Assembly (NCBI GenBank): GCA_029855935.1
Contig: JAGSHN010000012.1
Coordinates: 192,001-256,000, forward strand
Direction: 5' to 3'
From: Candidatus Thorarchaeota archaeon
GTDB lineage: Archaea; Asgardarchaeota; Thorarchaeia; Thorarchaeales; Thorarchaeaceae
DNA length: 64,000 bases
This document shows, in pieces, positions 1 through 10,109 of the stretch. The notes under the pieces are model-generated. The model made no database searches and was not told the origin of the DNA. It saw only the letters and a program-made list of their open reading frames with translations. Position 1 is the stretch's first letter. Each line of letters opens with the position of its first letter. Position numbers and translations under genes: made by a program.

Positions 1-34
1 GGTTGTGGATGTGGGGTGTCCAGCACTCGACCGA

Positions 35-436
35 CTATGACGACTTTACACGGGTGATGACTCGTCGGCCCAGCAGCTCCCAGACCTCGACACCAGCATT
101 GAGGGTGCACTTGGAGGCAATCTCCTCGTCCTTGGGTTTTGGTACCTCATAGGTTTCGTAGGTCTCAGAGTCCATGACCTGATAGGTCTCCCCCATATCC
201 GCAATTATCGTGCCACTGCGCTTGTCAATCACGGGCACATCAACCTGCCGGTCCGCCGGCATGATGGTATTGCGCTTTCTGCCATCAAAGAAGCCGATAG
301 CAACGATATTGACCTTCGCTGCCCCGTGCTTTCCCGGTTTCGACTTCTCAACTGAGACTACCTTACAGGGCTCGCCATCGATGATGAAGTAGCTTCCCGG
401 CTTCAGAGACTTTGCCTCGGTCTTCCTTATACTCAA
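35..436 (-). CDS. eif5a: Translation initiation factor aIF5A/eIF5A
   Basis: KSKPGKHGAAK hypusine-site motif, 133 aa, TTG start. Confidence 0.96.
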   Translation of the reverse strand: MSIRKTEAKSLKPGSYFIIDGEPCKVVSVEKSKPGKHGAAKVNIVAIGFFDGRKRNTIMPADRQVDVPVIDKRSGTIIADMGETYQVMDSETYETYEVPKPKDEEIASKCTLNAGVEVWELLGRRVITRVKSS

Positions 437-594
437 ACCTTCTCACCAACCAGTACCGGTTATGAAGTGGCTCCCTTGGGGCGACTCATATACCTTATGG
501 TAGTCTTTCCTCTGGCTCCAATGAATCCCTCGTCCATAGTGGCAAGAGTAAAATGCCGGCTTGGTCAGCGAAGTTGCAAGGGTCGTGCTGCACA

Positions 595-1464
595 ATGATT
601 GAGGAGACTCCGCGCATCCTGACTGACAGAGGCACGGTTGGTCTTGTATGCAAGCCGGGTCGCGCTGATATGGAGCGGACTGCTGCACGTGTGACGGACT
701 TCTTGGTGTCGCGGGGTCTTGAGGTGCTAGTTGATACAGGTTCGTGCAATGTTGCAGAGAGAGGTGCAGTCCCAACACTGATTGAGGAGATGAATGTCGA
801 CTTTGTAGTGACAATCGGCGGCGATGGCACGATTCTCCACACACTCTGTCTGCTACCCGACCGGGAGATCCCACTCTTCTGTATCAACCGGGGGACCGTT
901 GGTTTTCTCACGGAGGCGAGCACGACCAATGCCATTGACGCGCTTGAGCGTGTTCTGCACGGGGACTGCATAATCGAACGCTGCATCAACATAGTCTCCG
1001 GCGTCGGGGACATAACCTTTGGACAGGCCCTGAACGAGGTCTACGTCACGTCGCGGCTTCCGGGTCGTCTCCTGACCTTTCAGGTGTATCTTGATGGGAC
1101 CCGCGTCGACTACGGTCGTGCGGATGGTGCGATGCTGGCAACTCCCTGCGGCTCCACGGCATATGCCTTGGCTGCTGGCGGGTCCATTCTGACTCCGAAC
1201 GTCAACGGACTGATATTCGTACCAGTCTGCCCCCCAAGGTTCGAACTCAAGTCGCTCGTCATCCCGGACACCAGCACTCTTGAACTAGAGCTCACCAAGC
1301 CGGGGGCCGGAGCATATGCTGTTGTGGACGGCCAGCTCAGATACGAGGTCGAGGCTGGTAGTACTGTGTGGTTGAGGAAGTCCGACAAGGTGACACGGTT
1401 CATCCGTCTCTACGACAACTACTATGACCGCTTGAACACACGGCTTGTCCCACGGACGCTCTAG
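595..1464 (+). CDS. nadK: NAD(+) kinase
   Basis: GGDGT, GxVGFL, LNE and ATPCGSTAY motifs; start taken at ATG 595 (ORF open from 553). Confidence 0.93.
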   Translation: MIEETPRILTDRGTVGLVCKPGRADMERTAARVTDFLVSRGLEVLVDTGSCNVAERGAVPTLIEEMNVDFVVTIGGDGTILHTLCLLPDREIPLFCINRGTVGFLTEASTTNAIDALERVLHGDCIIERCINIVSGVGDITFGQALNEVYVTSRLPGRLLTFQVYLDGTRVDYGRADGAMLATPCGSTAYALAAGGSILTPNVNGLIFVPVCPPRFELKSLVIPDTSTLELELTKPGAGAYAVVDGQLRYEVEAGSTVWLRKSDKVTRFIRLYDNYYDRLNTRLVPRTL

Positions 1465-1980
1465 GTGGTGAGGGTGGTCCGGTTCTATGTGGTCGATGCG
1501 GGCGTGTTGTTCTCGACTTGGCCTCTTGATCAGAGAAACGCCCGTTTTGTCACCACTAGTGACGTTCTGAACGAGGTTGTCAATCGCCCCAGCAGGCAGA
1601 GGGCTGAGACGCTCGCTGCGCTCGGTCGACTGACAACAGACGAGCCAGAAACACTGTCATTGCGAACAGTCCGTGATGCTGCTATGAAGACTGGCGACGC
1701 CACAGTCCTGTCCCAACAGGACATCGGTCTTGTGGCCCTGGCCCTCACACTGAAGCAGCGGGGCGAGGATGTACGTCTGGTGTCCACCGATCTTGCAGTG
1801 CTGAACACAGCGGAGGCACTGGGAATCCCAGTCGAGGATCCATCAGGTCGCTACAGAGGGAAGGTTGTCTGGACATATGTCTGTCCGGAGTGTGGTCACA
1901 GGATGACCCCTGGTGAGATGGTCTCCGACGACATCTGCCCGGTCTGCGGCAGTAGAATGCGACGCAGACGACGTCGCTGA
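1465..1980 (+). CDS. nob1: Nob1-like PIN endonuclease with C-terminal zinc ribbon
   Basis: PIN acidic residues (VVD, NEV, LSQQD, STD) plus CPECG...CPVCGS. Confidence 0.88.
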   Translation: MVRVVRFYVVDAGVLFSTWPLDQRNARFVTTSDVLNEVVNRPSRQRAETLAALGRLTTDEPETLSLRTVRDAAMKTGDATVLSQQDIGLVALALTLKQRGEDVRLVSTDLAVLNTAEALGIPVEDPSGRYRGKVVWTYVCPECGHRMTPGEMVSDDICPVCGSRMRRRRRR

Positions 1981-2113
1981 TCACTCTACCACTTCGTTTC
2001 GGAGGTGTAGGCCTTGCCACACCGTCCACGGGCAGTAACATAGCGTCATTTGTGAGGACGAGCGGGGGAGCCGCAGCCCACTTGCGGGTAATACCGGGGA
2101 AACACCACGTGTT

Positions 2114-2398
2114 ATGTGTGGACGGAATAGTTTGTTCTCTGGTGGTCACCCGGTGTCAGACGGCGCTCTGCTACTCGACAGGGAGATTGAGGATGTGAAA
2201 GCCCAGGTCCGGCGAGAGCTCGCAGCCATAGACGAGATACTCGAAACACTGGGCTACAGATCGTCCCCGCCAGGTTGGAACACCCCGTATCAGCTCCACA
2301 AGTTGAGAAGAGCACTGCGTCTTCACTATCTGGCACTGAGAATTCGCGAGGGGGCACAACGCACCTGTGCGTCTCAGGAGATCACTTGGGACCTCTGA
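2114..2398 (+). CDS. Small hypothetical helical protein
   Basis: Amphipathic helical sequence filling the gap between nob1 and yjbQ; start uncertain. Confidence 0.4.
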   Translation: MCGRNSLFSGGHPVSDGALLLDREIEDVKAQVRRELAAIDEILETLGYRSSPPGWNTPYQLHKLRRALRLHYLALRIREGAQRTCASQEITWDL

Positions 2399-2405
2399 TG
2401 AGACC

Positions 2406-2837
2406 TCACTCTCCGATGACGACTGTCCGCAGAGTCCTCCTTCTCGGTCTGATGTCGAAGTCTGCAAAGACCATCTGCTGCCACGTTCCCAGTTCGAGTC
2501 GCCCGTCGACAACGGGAACGGTAAGGCTTGGTCCCACAACTGAGGCCCGTATGTGTGAGTGACCATTGCCATCACCCCACATGCGATGGTGTTCGTAGTC
2601 TATTCCCGTTGGTGCTATGCGCTCCATTGCATCGGGGAAGTCCCTCAGCAGTCCGGGTTCGTACTCGATGGTTGTGACCGCGCCCGTTGAACCGACGCAG
2701 AACACCGTGCAGATACCATTGGAGATGCCACTCTCACGCACCTGCGCTGCGACCTTGTCTGTTATGTTGATGAGCTCGCAGTTTCCCCGTGTGTCGAGTC
2801 TGATCTCACCGTGAAACACCGTCACTATGCTCACCAA
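2406..2837 (-). CDS. yjbQ: YjbQ/UPF0047 family protein (secondary thiamine-phosphate synthase-like)
   Basis: GNGHSHIRAS and LGTWQQ motifs. Confidence 0.92.
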   Translation of the reverse strand: MVSIVTVFHGEIRLDTRGNCELINITDKVAAQVRESGISNGICTVFCVGSTGAVTTIEYEPGLLRDFPDAMERIAPTGIDYEHHRMWGDGNGHSHIRASVVGPSLTVPVVDGRLELGTWQQMVFADFDIRPRRRTLRTVVIGE

Positions 2838-2874
2838 TCTTCAGAGAAGAAGCCAGCGCTAATGAATCACACTC

Positions 2875-4725
2875 TCACTGGTGTTTCTTGTCTACTCTCT
2901 TTCTCGACTCGATGACCTCTCTCAGCTGTGGCACGTCTGCCCCAATCACTTTCTCATGTTCCTGAAGCGCCATTGTGGCGATGAGGTAGTCGGAACGCTG
3001 GATTGGCACAAGAACGGCTAGGATTGCCCGCATGTACTCATCGCCCGTCAACACCACAATCTTCTGCATCTCGTTCACGATGGACTCAAGCGCATCGTCG
3101 TTGTGTGGGGAGTCCCTACACGTGAGGACGAACATAAGCAGGAGGTCCTTGAACGCCTCCTTGAGCTCTCCCATCTGCTTGAAGTTCTGCGAGGACTCAT
3201 TGAGCAGTTCAACAGCGTGTCTCCTGAGATGGTCCTCGTTGGTCTTCAGAGCCTCGTGTGCGGCAGTGCGTTTCCAGACTGCGGCAAGCGGTATAATCCC
3301 TTCCCTCTCATATCCCCTAGCCACGTACTCAGCCTTCTTGCTTGCTATCCAGTGAAATCCTGACCATCTGTCTATGTCGGCCATCAGTCTGGCACACTCT
3401 GCAGCCTTGCTGTAGTATCGTGAACTGTTCTCGGTGTCACCGTTCTCCTGAGTCATCTCGGCCAGCTGAATGTATATCTCCAAGGCCTCCTCAAGGACAG
3501 CATTGGCCCGCTCTATTTCCCCCATCTCGTAGAGCACCTCTGCTGCCTCCTTGAGCCGCATTGCCTGCATCTCATGTTCCTGCTTCTTCTCGTGCTGCTC
3601 TGCGCGCTCAAGGTAGTAGCTGATCACATGGTCGTAGAGCTCCTGTGCGTCCTTGTTGGCCCCCCATTTCTTCAGTGACATTGCCTCGTACTGCAGGTAT
3701 TTGTAACGGGAGTCATCGTCGCCGTCCTTCTTTGCCCTCTCGGCCAATTGATGGAACATCTCCGCAGCCCGTTTGTAGGCCCACTTGGCCTTTACTGGAC
3801 TACCAGCCTCGGTGAACATCTCTCCCGCCTTGACAAGCAATGGTGCCACGACCTCGGGCGTGCCAGTCATCTGCATATACGCCTCTGAGGCCTTCAGCAT
3901 AGCCTTCCTTCGGGCTGTCGTGAGGCGTTCTCTCTTGTATAGCTCCTGCGCCGCATCGTAAGTGTTTCCAGCCTTCTCGAAGTTACCTGCACGCTCGTAT
4001 AGCTCGCCAGCTCTCATCAACAGCTTGACGGCCTCGGCAAGATCGCCCAGCATCTGGAGAATCTGTGCGGCATCGGCCAGAGCACTTGCTGCCTCACTGT
4101 GGTCTTGCCTTGCCTCGGCCTCTGCAGCCCAGCGTTTCGCTATGTCTGTGGCACGCCTGTAGATTCTTCGACCAAGCTCCTCATCACCAGATGAATAATA
4201 GATGCGGCCGACCTTCTTGAGCAGCGCCACAGTCTCTCCAAGTTCCCCCTTCATCTCTCTCTCATCGGCCTCATTCTCAAGGGCATCGGCCGCCTTGACG
4301 GCCAGCTCTTGCCGAGCCTCGGGGCTCTCAGCGAAGTCCGCGGCCCTAAAGTAGAACTCCGCAGCCTTTCTGTGGTCGGCTGCCTCTTCTGCAATCTCGC
4401 CTGCGAGTCTGTTTATCCGTGCAATCTCTCTCCGTGTTGTCGGGTCCTGCCCCGCGCGGAGGAGCATCAACGTTGCCTTGTCCAGCGCCTCGTAGCATTC
4501 GTCGGCCATGTAGGCCTGTCTGTACGCCTGCGCCGCCTCCTCGTAGATCTTTGCAGCCTGCCTGAGCTTATCGTGTGAGACGAGGACATCGGCGGCCTTC
4601 TTGAGCAGTTTTGCACCTGTCTTGTTGTCGCCCTGCTTGACCTTCTTTCTGGCCGCTCTGAGGACTTCTTGGAGTGTCGTCAAAGTCTTGTTCTCCCACT
4701 TGACTAAACGTTTCGACCTGCTCAC
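2875..4725 (-). CDS. Alpha-SNAP/TPR-like alpha-solenoid protein
   Basis: 616 aa of repeated AAxxYxxAA helical hairpins. Confidence 0.75.
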   Translation of the reverse strand: MSRSKRLVKWENKTLTTLQEVLRAARKKVKQGDNKTGAKLLKKAADVLVSHDKLRQAAKIYEEAAQAYRQAYMADECYEALDKATLMLLRAGQDPTTRREIARINRLAGEIAEEAADHRKAAEFYFRAADFAESPEARQELAVKAADALENEADEREMKGELGETVALLKKVGRIYYSSGDEELGRRIYRRATDIAKRWAAEAEARQDHSEAASALADAAQILQMLGDLAEAVKLLMRAGELYERAGNFEKAGNTYDAAQELYKRERLTTARRKAMLKASEAYMQMTGTPEVVAPLLVKAGEMFTEAGSPVKAKWAYKRAAEMFHQLAERAKKDGDDDSRYKYLQYEAMSLKKWGANKDAQELYDHVISYYLERAEQHEKKQEHEMQAMRLKEAAEVLYEMGEIERANAVLEEALEIYIQLAEMTQENGDTENSSRYYSKAAECARLMADIDRWSGFHWIASKKAEYVARGYEREGIIPLAAVWKRTAAHEALKTNEDHLRRHAVELLNESSQNFKQMGELKEAFKDLLLMFVLTCRDSPHNDDALESIVNEMQKIVVLTGDEYMRAILAVLVPIQRSDYLIATMALQEHEKVIGADVPQLREVIESRKRVDKKHQ

Positions 4726-4796
4726 GATAGGTGAGCTACTGATAACGCTTATCGTGCGTCATATGTCGCCGTCTTTCAATAGACTCAAATATAACG

Positions 4797-5939
4797 GTGA
4801 TGGACTCCTGCGCGGCAAGGGATACTCAATTGAGTGGACCAGACAGACCTCTCAGGATAGGACTGATTGGGACCGGCAATATTGGCCGCACACACCTCAC
4901 TGCGCTCGCCTCTCTGGCGCACGCCGGGCTCGTCAATGTCCGGGTGACAGCGCTCTGCGATATCGACAAGGAGGCTCTCGAATCTGCCGCTCAGCTCTTC
5001 GATGTACGGCGTACGTACACCGACTATCAGGACCTTGTCTCTAGTGATGACGTGGATGTTGTATACGTCTGCACACCGACCAATCGTCATAGCGATATGG
5101 TGAAGGCTGCTGCTCGGGCGGGCAAGGCCGTGTTCTGTGAGAAGCCACTGGCCCACAGCTGTCCTCAGGCGCGTGATATGCTTGCTGTGACTCAGGACAG
5201 GGGCGTCCACGCTGGCGTCGGCCTAGTTCTTCGTTACGACCAGCTATTGGTGTATGCTCGTGACTTGATTCAGAACAACGACTTTGGAGAGCCTCTCCTC
5301 GTCCACATTCGTGACGATCAGCGATTCCCCATTGACTATCTGTACTACAGCAAGTGGCGCGGCGAGAAGGCTATAGCGGGCGGGGGGACTCTACTGGAGC
5401 ACAGTATCCATGATGTTGACCTTCTTCTCTGGTTCTTTGGTAATATCGAGAACGTCTATGCCCGCGTGGGATTCAGATCCGAACGCGAGGTCGAGGACAT
5501 TGCCAGTGTGAGCCTTCGGCATACGAGTGGTCTTTTGAGCACACTTGATTCTGTCTGGCACTGGGTGGAACGACCAAACGAGAGACTGCTGGAGATGTTC
5601 TTCGAGCGTGGCTACATCGCGATTCATCTTGAGTCGGGCGACAGATTCCTTGAGTACCAGCTACAGGGATCCACGCCCGTCAGGGTCGGTGTCAGGCAGG
5701 CCGATGATGCCCTGATGCGCCAGCTGAATCTCGACAGGTCATCGCTCTCGCAGGAGGCTATGGACGCCATCACACGGGTCGGACCGGAGAGATATGCGGC
5801 ACTGAACTATGCGTTTTTGAGGTCAATCTCAAGGAATGAGGGTCCGTCGCCCTCTTTTGCCGATGCGATAGCAGCGCACCGTGTCGTTGATGCTGCGTAC
5901 GAATCAGCGAATCTGAACCGTCCCGTTGACCTGTTGTAG
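4797..5939 (+). CDS. Gfo/Idh/MocA family oxidoreductase
   Basis: GLIGTGNIG, CEKP, GGGTLLEHSIHDVD. Confidence 0.92.
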   Translation: MMDSCAARDTQLSGPDRPLRIGLIGTGNIGRTHLTALASLAHAGLVNVRVTALCDIDKEALESAAQLFDVRRTYTDYQDLVSSDDVDVVYVCTPTNRHSDMVKAAARAGKAVFCEKPLAHSCPQARDMLAVTQDRGVHAGVGLVLRYDQLLVYARDLIQNNDFGEPLLVHIRDDQRFPIDYLYYSKWRGEKAIAGGGTLLEHSIHDVDLLLWFFGNIENVYARVGFRSEREVEDIASVSLRHTSGLLSTLDSVWHWVERPNERLLEMFFERGYIAIHLESGDRFLEYQLQGSTPVRVGVRQADDALMRQLNLDRSSLSQEAMDAITRVGPERYAALNYAFLRSISRNEGPSPSFADAIAAHRVVDAAYESANLNRPVDLL

Positions 5940-5983
5940 TCAGGCTTAAGTATTGCTCGAGTAATGAGAGGCTGGTCGTTGCG

Positions 5984-7360
5984 ATGAGAGAGATCCCACT
6001 CGCGAAGGTCAGCCCGGAGGAGTACGATGTCATTGTTGCAGGGGCTGGCGCAGGAGGACTGCTCACGGGTCTGGCCCTGACGGGTAGCGGGAAGAGAGTT
6101 CTCGTGATTGAACGTTCCGACCGCCTGGGTGGGGTGTGGCACGGATACTGGGTGGATGGCTATCGTGTCGACCAAGGCCTGCACGTCATCACTCGGGTGA
6201 CACGGGGCGCCTTCACACAGTTCCTGAGAGAGTTTCTGCCCGAGCCACCGAAGTATGTTCTGCATGAGGGCTGGTATTTCAGAGTAGGGGATCGTGTCGC
6301 GACCATTCCGACGAGCATTGGTCAGACTCTTCGCTGGCCGCTGACGGATCTGAGAGGTCGTCTCGCCCTTGCGCGGGTCGGGGCCAAGATCAAGACAATG
6401 AAGCTTGAAGAGATGAAGCGGTACAAGGACATCACGTTTGCGGAGTTCCTTGATCACCATAACATGACGAACCAGACGATTCGCGATGTTATTGAGAGCG
6501 CTATCTATCTTGCCGCTGGAGTGGGTATTGACAAGGCGTCTGCATACGAGGCGTTGCGTACGCTCAAGGACACGGATAGGGAGCAGTCCAAACTGGCCTT
6601 GCTCCGAAGGCTGCTGTTTGGCTCTCTGGAGTATGATGAGGGCTACGTCATAGGAGGAATGATCGGGCTTGTGGAGAAGGTTGCTGAGGCAATCAACGGA
6701 GACTACGTCCTCAATGCCCCTGTTGAGGCCATAGTGGAGCGTGATGGGCGTGTGACTGGCATCGAGGTGGCAGGCGACGAGATTCGGCACGAGCGGGTGG
6801 TCTCGAACATTCCCCTCTGGAGCATGCCCTCGATAGTGCAGTCTCAGCGCAACGATGTCGTGAACTTCTTTGAGCGATGGAGTCATATGCATATGACCCG
6901 AGGCGTGACCCTCTGGCTCGGTCTGGATGAGGTGGTGGTCGGCGACCGCAAGTCTCGTGTGATTGTTCACCCACGGCCAAGCCGGTGGTTGGTCTCAATA
7001 TCAAGCTTTGACCCGTCATGCGTGCCTGACGGAAAGGAACTCGTCGCGATAGCCACGATCGCCCATCCTGATCTCAGTCTCGATGAGCACGTAGAGATGA
7101 TCAAAGGCGGTGGACTGGAGAAGTATTATCCGCGGATACTAGAGCATGTTGAGATGGAGCATGCACAGATGTCATATGCGACGAGAGCGGCCTTGATCCC
7201 GGGCCAGACCGATCTTGACCGGCCCGGTCCTCGCACCCCGATTCGGGGGCTGTACATAGTTGGCACGGACACGGCTGGGGCTGGTGTGGGACTGCAGCAG
7301 GCGGCCAATTCGGCAAGAGGCGTCGTCAGGGCAGTTCTTGATGATATGTCAGGTCTATGA
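5984..7360 (+). CDS. FAD-dependent oxidoreductase, phytoene desaturase/amine oxidase superfamily
   Basis: GAGAGGL...VIERSDRLGG dinucleotide fold; TPIRGLYIVG C-terminal motif. Confidence 0.85.
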   Translation: MREIPLAKVSPEEYDVIVAGAGAGGLLTGLALTGSGKRVLVIERSDRLGGVWHGYWVDGYRVDQGLHVITRVTRGAFTQFLREFLPEPPKYVLHEGWYFRVGDRVATIPTSIGQTLRWPLTDLRGRLALARVGAKIKTMKLEEMKRYKDITFAEFLDHHNMTNQTIRDVIESAIYLAAGVGIDKASAYEALRTLKDTDREQSKLALLRRLLFGSLEYDEGYVIGGMIGLVEKVAEAINGDYVLNAPVEAIVERDGRVTGIEVAGDEIRHERVVSNIPLWSMPSIVQSQRNDVVNFFERWSHMHMTRGVTLWLGLDEVVVGDRKSRVIVHPRPSRWLVSISSFDPSCVPDGKELVAIATIAHPDLSLDEHVEMIKGGGLEKYYPRILEHVEMEHAQMSYATRAALIPGQTDLDRPGPRTPIRGLYIVGTDTAGAGVGLQQAANSARGVVRAVLDDMSGL

Positions 7361-7464
7361 GCATAGCACGCCTCCGCGTCTTGTTCGATACAACGAAAAG
7401 GTTTTACACCTGTGGGAGAGGCTTGTGGTCGACCGGCAAGGTCAACGTGAAGGAGTCTTGAGCG

Positions 7465-8022
7465 ATGCCAGTTATTGAGGTCCGATGGCACGGCAGAGGC
7501 GGACAGGGCGGTGTGACCTCTGCAGAGCTGCTTGCCAAGGCAGCGTACTACGATGGCTACAAGGGTGTTCAGGCCTTTCCATACTTCGGAGCCGAGCGGC
7601 GTGGTGCGCCCGTCAAGGCGTTCACAAGGATATCAGACAAAGAGATCAACGTTCGCAGTCAGATATACGATCCTGACGTTGTGGCAGTACTGGATGCCAG
7701 CATTCTCGATTTGATTGATGTGACGGAGGGTCTCAAGCCCAACGGCAAAGTGATTGTCAACACGCCCAAGAAACCCAGCGAGATTAGCGTGAAGCGTGGC
7801 CACGTGTACACATACGATGGTACTGGTATTGCCCTACGATACGGGCTGATGGTCGCCGGTCTGCCCGTTGTAAACACCACTATGCTTGGCGCCTTTGCGA
7901 AGGCCACTGGCCTGGTAAGATTGGAAACGGTCCAGAAGGTCATAAAGGAGAAGTGGCCGGGCCCTGTGGGCGAGAGGAACGCCGAGGGGGCCCGTGAGGC
8001 GTACGAGACCTGCACAGACTAG
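7465..8022 (+). CDS. porG: 2-oxoacid (pyruvate/ketoisovalerate):ferredoxin oxidoreductase gamma subunit
   Basis: EVRWHGRGGQG and FGAERRGAPV motifs. Confidence 0.93.
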   Translation: MPVIEVRWHGRGGQGGVTSAELLAKAAYYDGYKGVQAFPYFGAERRGAPVKAFTRISDKEINVRSQIYDPDVVAVLDASILDLIDVTEGLKPNGKVIVNTPKKPSEISVKRGHVYTYDGTGIALRYGLMVAGLPVVNTTMLGAFAKATGLVRLETVQKVIKEKWPGPVGERNAEGAREAYETCTD

Positions 8023-8044
8023 ATTGCGCCAACAGTTCTTTGGA

Positions 8045-8830
8045 CTACGCATACATTCTCTCGTAGGCGGGAGTACCAACTTCCCTACGCGGCCGCCTCA
8101 TGCTCTCTACCTGTCGGGCCATCTCTTCCATCTTCTTTCTTATCTGATCCGCACTCTCCACAAGCTCGCTGACGTCGATGTCGAACCCGTAGAGCCTGTT
8201 CAGTGCTTGCAGGAGTTGCACTGCTGCTCCAGGATCTGGCACAATCGCTATTGCCGGTGTCAGCAGAGCAAATCCAACCATGTCCCTACAGAGTGTTTCT
8301 GAGAGGATAGAGCCCGCGATGCCAGCTATCAGGCCCTTCTTGAACATCTCCAGCTCGGGGTCCTTCTCAAGCTCCGGAATCTTCTCCTCCTCCGCCGCGA
8401 ACAACACCTTCCTATCTGTCGGTAGGCCCTCAACAGGAATACCGTCAAGGACGACGGTCTCTCTCACTCCGACCTGCCACGCCCAGTCCAGCAGCGCCGA
8501 GCTCACCGCGTACATCCCCTCCTCGGCCACGGGAAGCTCCGTGGTGGCGACCAGTAGATTCTTCCCCTCATGTCCGTAGATTCGGAATGGATGTCTGAGC
8601 CGCCCGTCCAGAAATATCGCCGCAGATGGAATGTACTTGGAGCGGACATGCGCAATCTCAGTCATCTTGAACTGCTCGATGATTGTGTTGGCGGCTATTA
8701 TCCCGACCACTCCAGCGCTGGGAAAGCAACACACAAGGAGCGGTTCATCGATATTCAGTGTCTTGGTCTGTACGACCTTTGCCTCTGGTGAGCCGAGGAC
8801 TTTGGTCTCGCACTCTTCGGTCATTATCAT
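8045..8830 (-). CDS. PAC2 family proteasome assembly chaperone
   Basis: FPSAGVVG, PDPGAA and C-terminal HbYX motif (MYA); start approximate. Confidence 0.88.
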   Translation of the reverse strand: MIMTEECETKVLGSPEAKVVQTKTLNIDEPLLVCCFPSAGVVGIIAANTIIEQFKMTEIAHVRSKYIPSAAIFLDGRLRHPFRIYGHEGKNLLVATTELPVAEEGMYAVSSALLDWAWQVGVRETVVLDGIPVEGLPTDRKVLFAAEEEKIPELEKDPELEMFKKGLIAGIAGSILSETLCRDMVGFALLTPAIAIVPDPGAAVQLLQALNRLYGFDIDVSELVESADQIRKKMEEMARQVESMRRPRREVGTPAYERMYA

Positions 8831-8943
8831 TAGCCCACCTAATGACAGGGTCCCCAAGCGATATTAAGATTGGGTCTTGGTTATGCGATGAGTGATGCGG
8901 TGGATTAGTAAGGCGGTATAGTGCTATTGTTCGTGATGGCCCT

Positions 8944-10107
8944 ATGAAACTGCGTACCCGGAACATCAGACCGCCTCCGATAGTGCAGTTGATGCGTGCT
9001 GCCCAGCCGCTCGTGGGCTCTCCATCGTTCGTCAACATGGGACAGGGTGCGCCAGGACACATCCCGCCGCGAAATGTCCTTGATGCTCTGGCTGATCAGA
9101 TTCACAGTCCGTTTCTCCACGGGTATACTGCTGACCAGGGTCTCCTCGAACTGCGTGAAGAGCTGGCTCTCTATCTCCGGAGGGCTCATGAGGTTCATGC
9201 CGACCCCGAAGACGAGATTGTCATCACTGCGGGGGGGAATCAGGCACTTGCCGGCGCCCTGATGACGATTGTTGAGCCCGGGGACAACGTCATAGTCCTG
9301 GACCCGTACTACTTCAACTCGTACATGGCCATTCAGCTGACTGGTGCCACCCCCCGAGCCGTACCTGTCGAGACTGACTTTCAGCCCTCCGTCGAGTCTG
9401 TGAGCGAGGCCGTCGACGAGCACACCCGTGCCATCGTGATGGTTTCTCCAAACAACCCAACTGGCGCGGTCTATTCAGAGGATGTCGTGAACGGTCTGGT
9501 CGACCTGTGTCTTGAGAGGGGCGTGTTCCTGATCTCCGATGAGACTTACGCCCGGTTTGTATACGATGATATGATACATCACAGTCCGAGAAGACGACGA
9601 GACGCAGAGGAGAATGTCATCCTTCTTGGCAGCTTTTCGAAGGACTTTGGAATTCCTGGCTGGCGTGTGGGATATGTGGTCGCGAGTTCCTCGTTCGTGC
9701 AGGAATATATGAAGGTGCAGGACACGGTCACGATATGCGCCCCAACGGCCGGACAGGTCCTCGCCCTTGAGATGTTGCGTAGGGGGGAGGATCACGTTCT
9801 GACTGAGGTGGCACGCATTGGGCGTCTGAGACGCATTGCGTACTCACGTGCATCTGAGATCGATGCGCTTGAAACAGTGCGGACCTCTGGCACATTCTAT
9901 CTATTCCCCAGGGTGCGGGGATGCGCGGACTCGCAGAAGTTGGTCCTTGACATCCTTGAGAAGACCTCTGTGCTGGTGCTGCCTGGGTCCGTCTTTGGAG
10001 AGGCTGGCGAGGGTCACCTGAGAATATCTATCGCACATCTCACCTCTGAGGCCATCAATGAGGCCTTTGACCGCCTGGGGCGATTCTTCTCAGTCTACGG
10101 GCCCTAG
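8944..10107 (+). CDS. PLP-dependent class I/II aminotransferase
   Basis: SPNNPTG, SDETY, SFSKDFGIPGWRVG. Confidence 0.93.
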   Translation: MKLRTRNIRPPPIVQLMRAAQPLVGSPSFVNMGQGAPGHIPPRNVLDALADQIHSPFLHGYTADQGLLELREELALYLRRAHEVHADPEDEIVITAGGNQALAGALMTIVEPGDNVIVLDPYYFNSYMAIQLTGATPRAVPVETDFQPSVESVSEAVDEHTRAIVMVSPNNPTGAVYSEDVVNGLVDLCLERGVFLISDETYARFVYDDMIHHSPRRRRDAEENVILLGSFSKDFGIPGWRVGYVVASSSFVQEYMKVQDTVTICAPTAGQVLALEMLRRGEDHVLTEVARIGRLRRIAYSRASEIDALETVRTSGTFYLFPRVRGCADSQKLVLDILEKTSVLVLPGSVFGEAGEGHLRISIAHLTSEAINEAFDRLGRFFSVYGP

Positions 10108-10109
10108 GT

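Noticed and set aside
5807-6970. 387-aa minus-strand ORF
   Set aside because: Antisense shadow of the FAD oxidoreductase; no motifs
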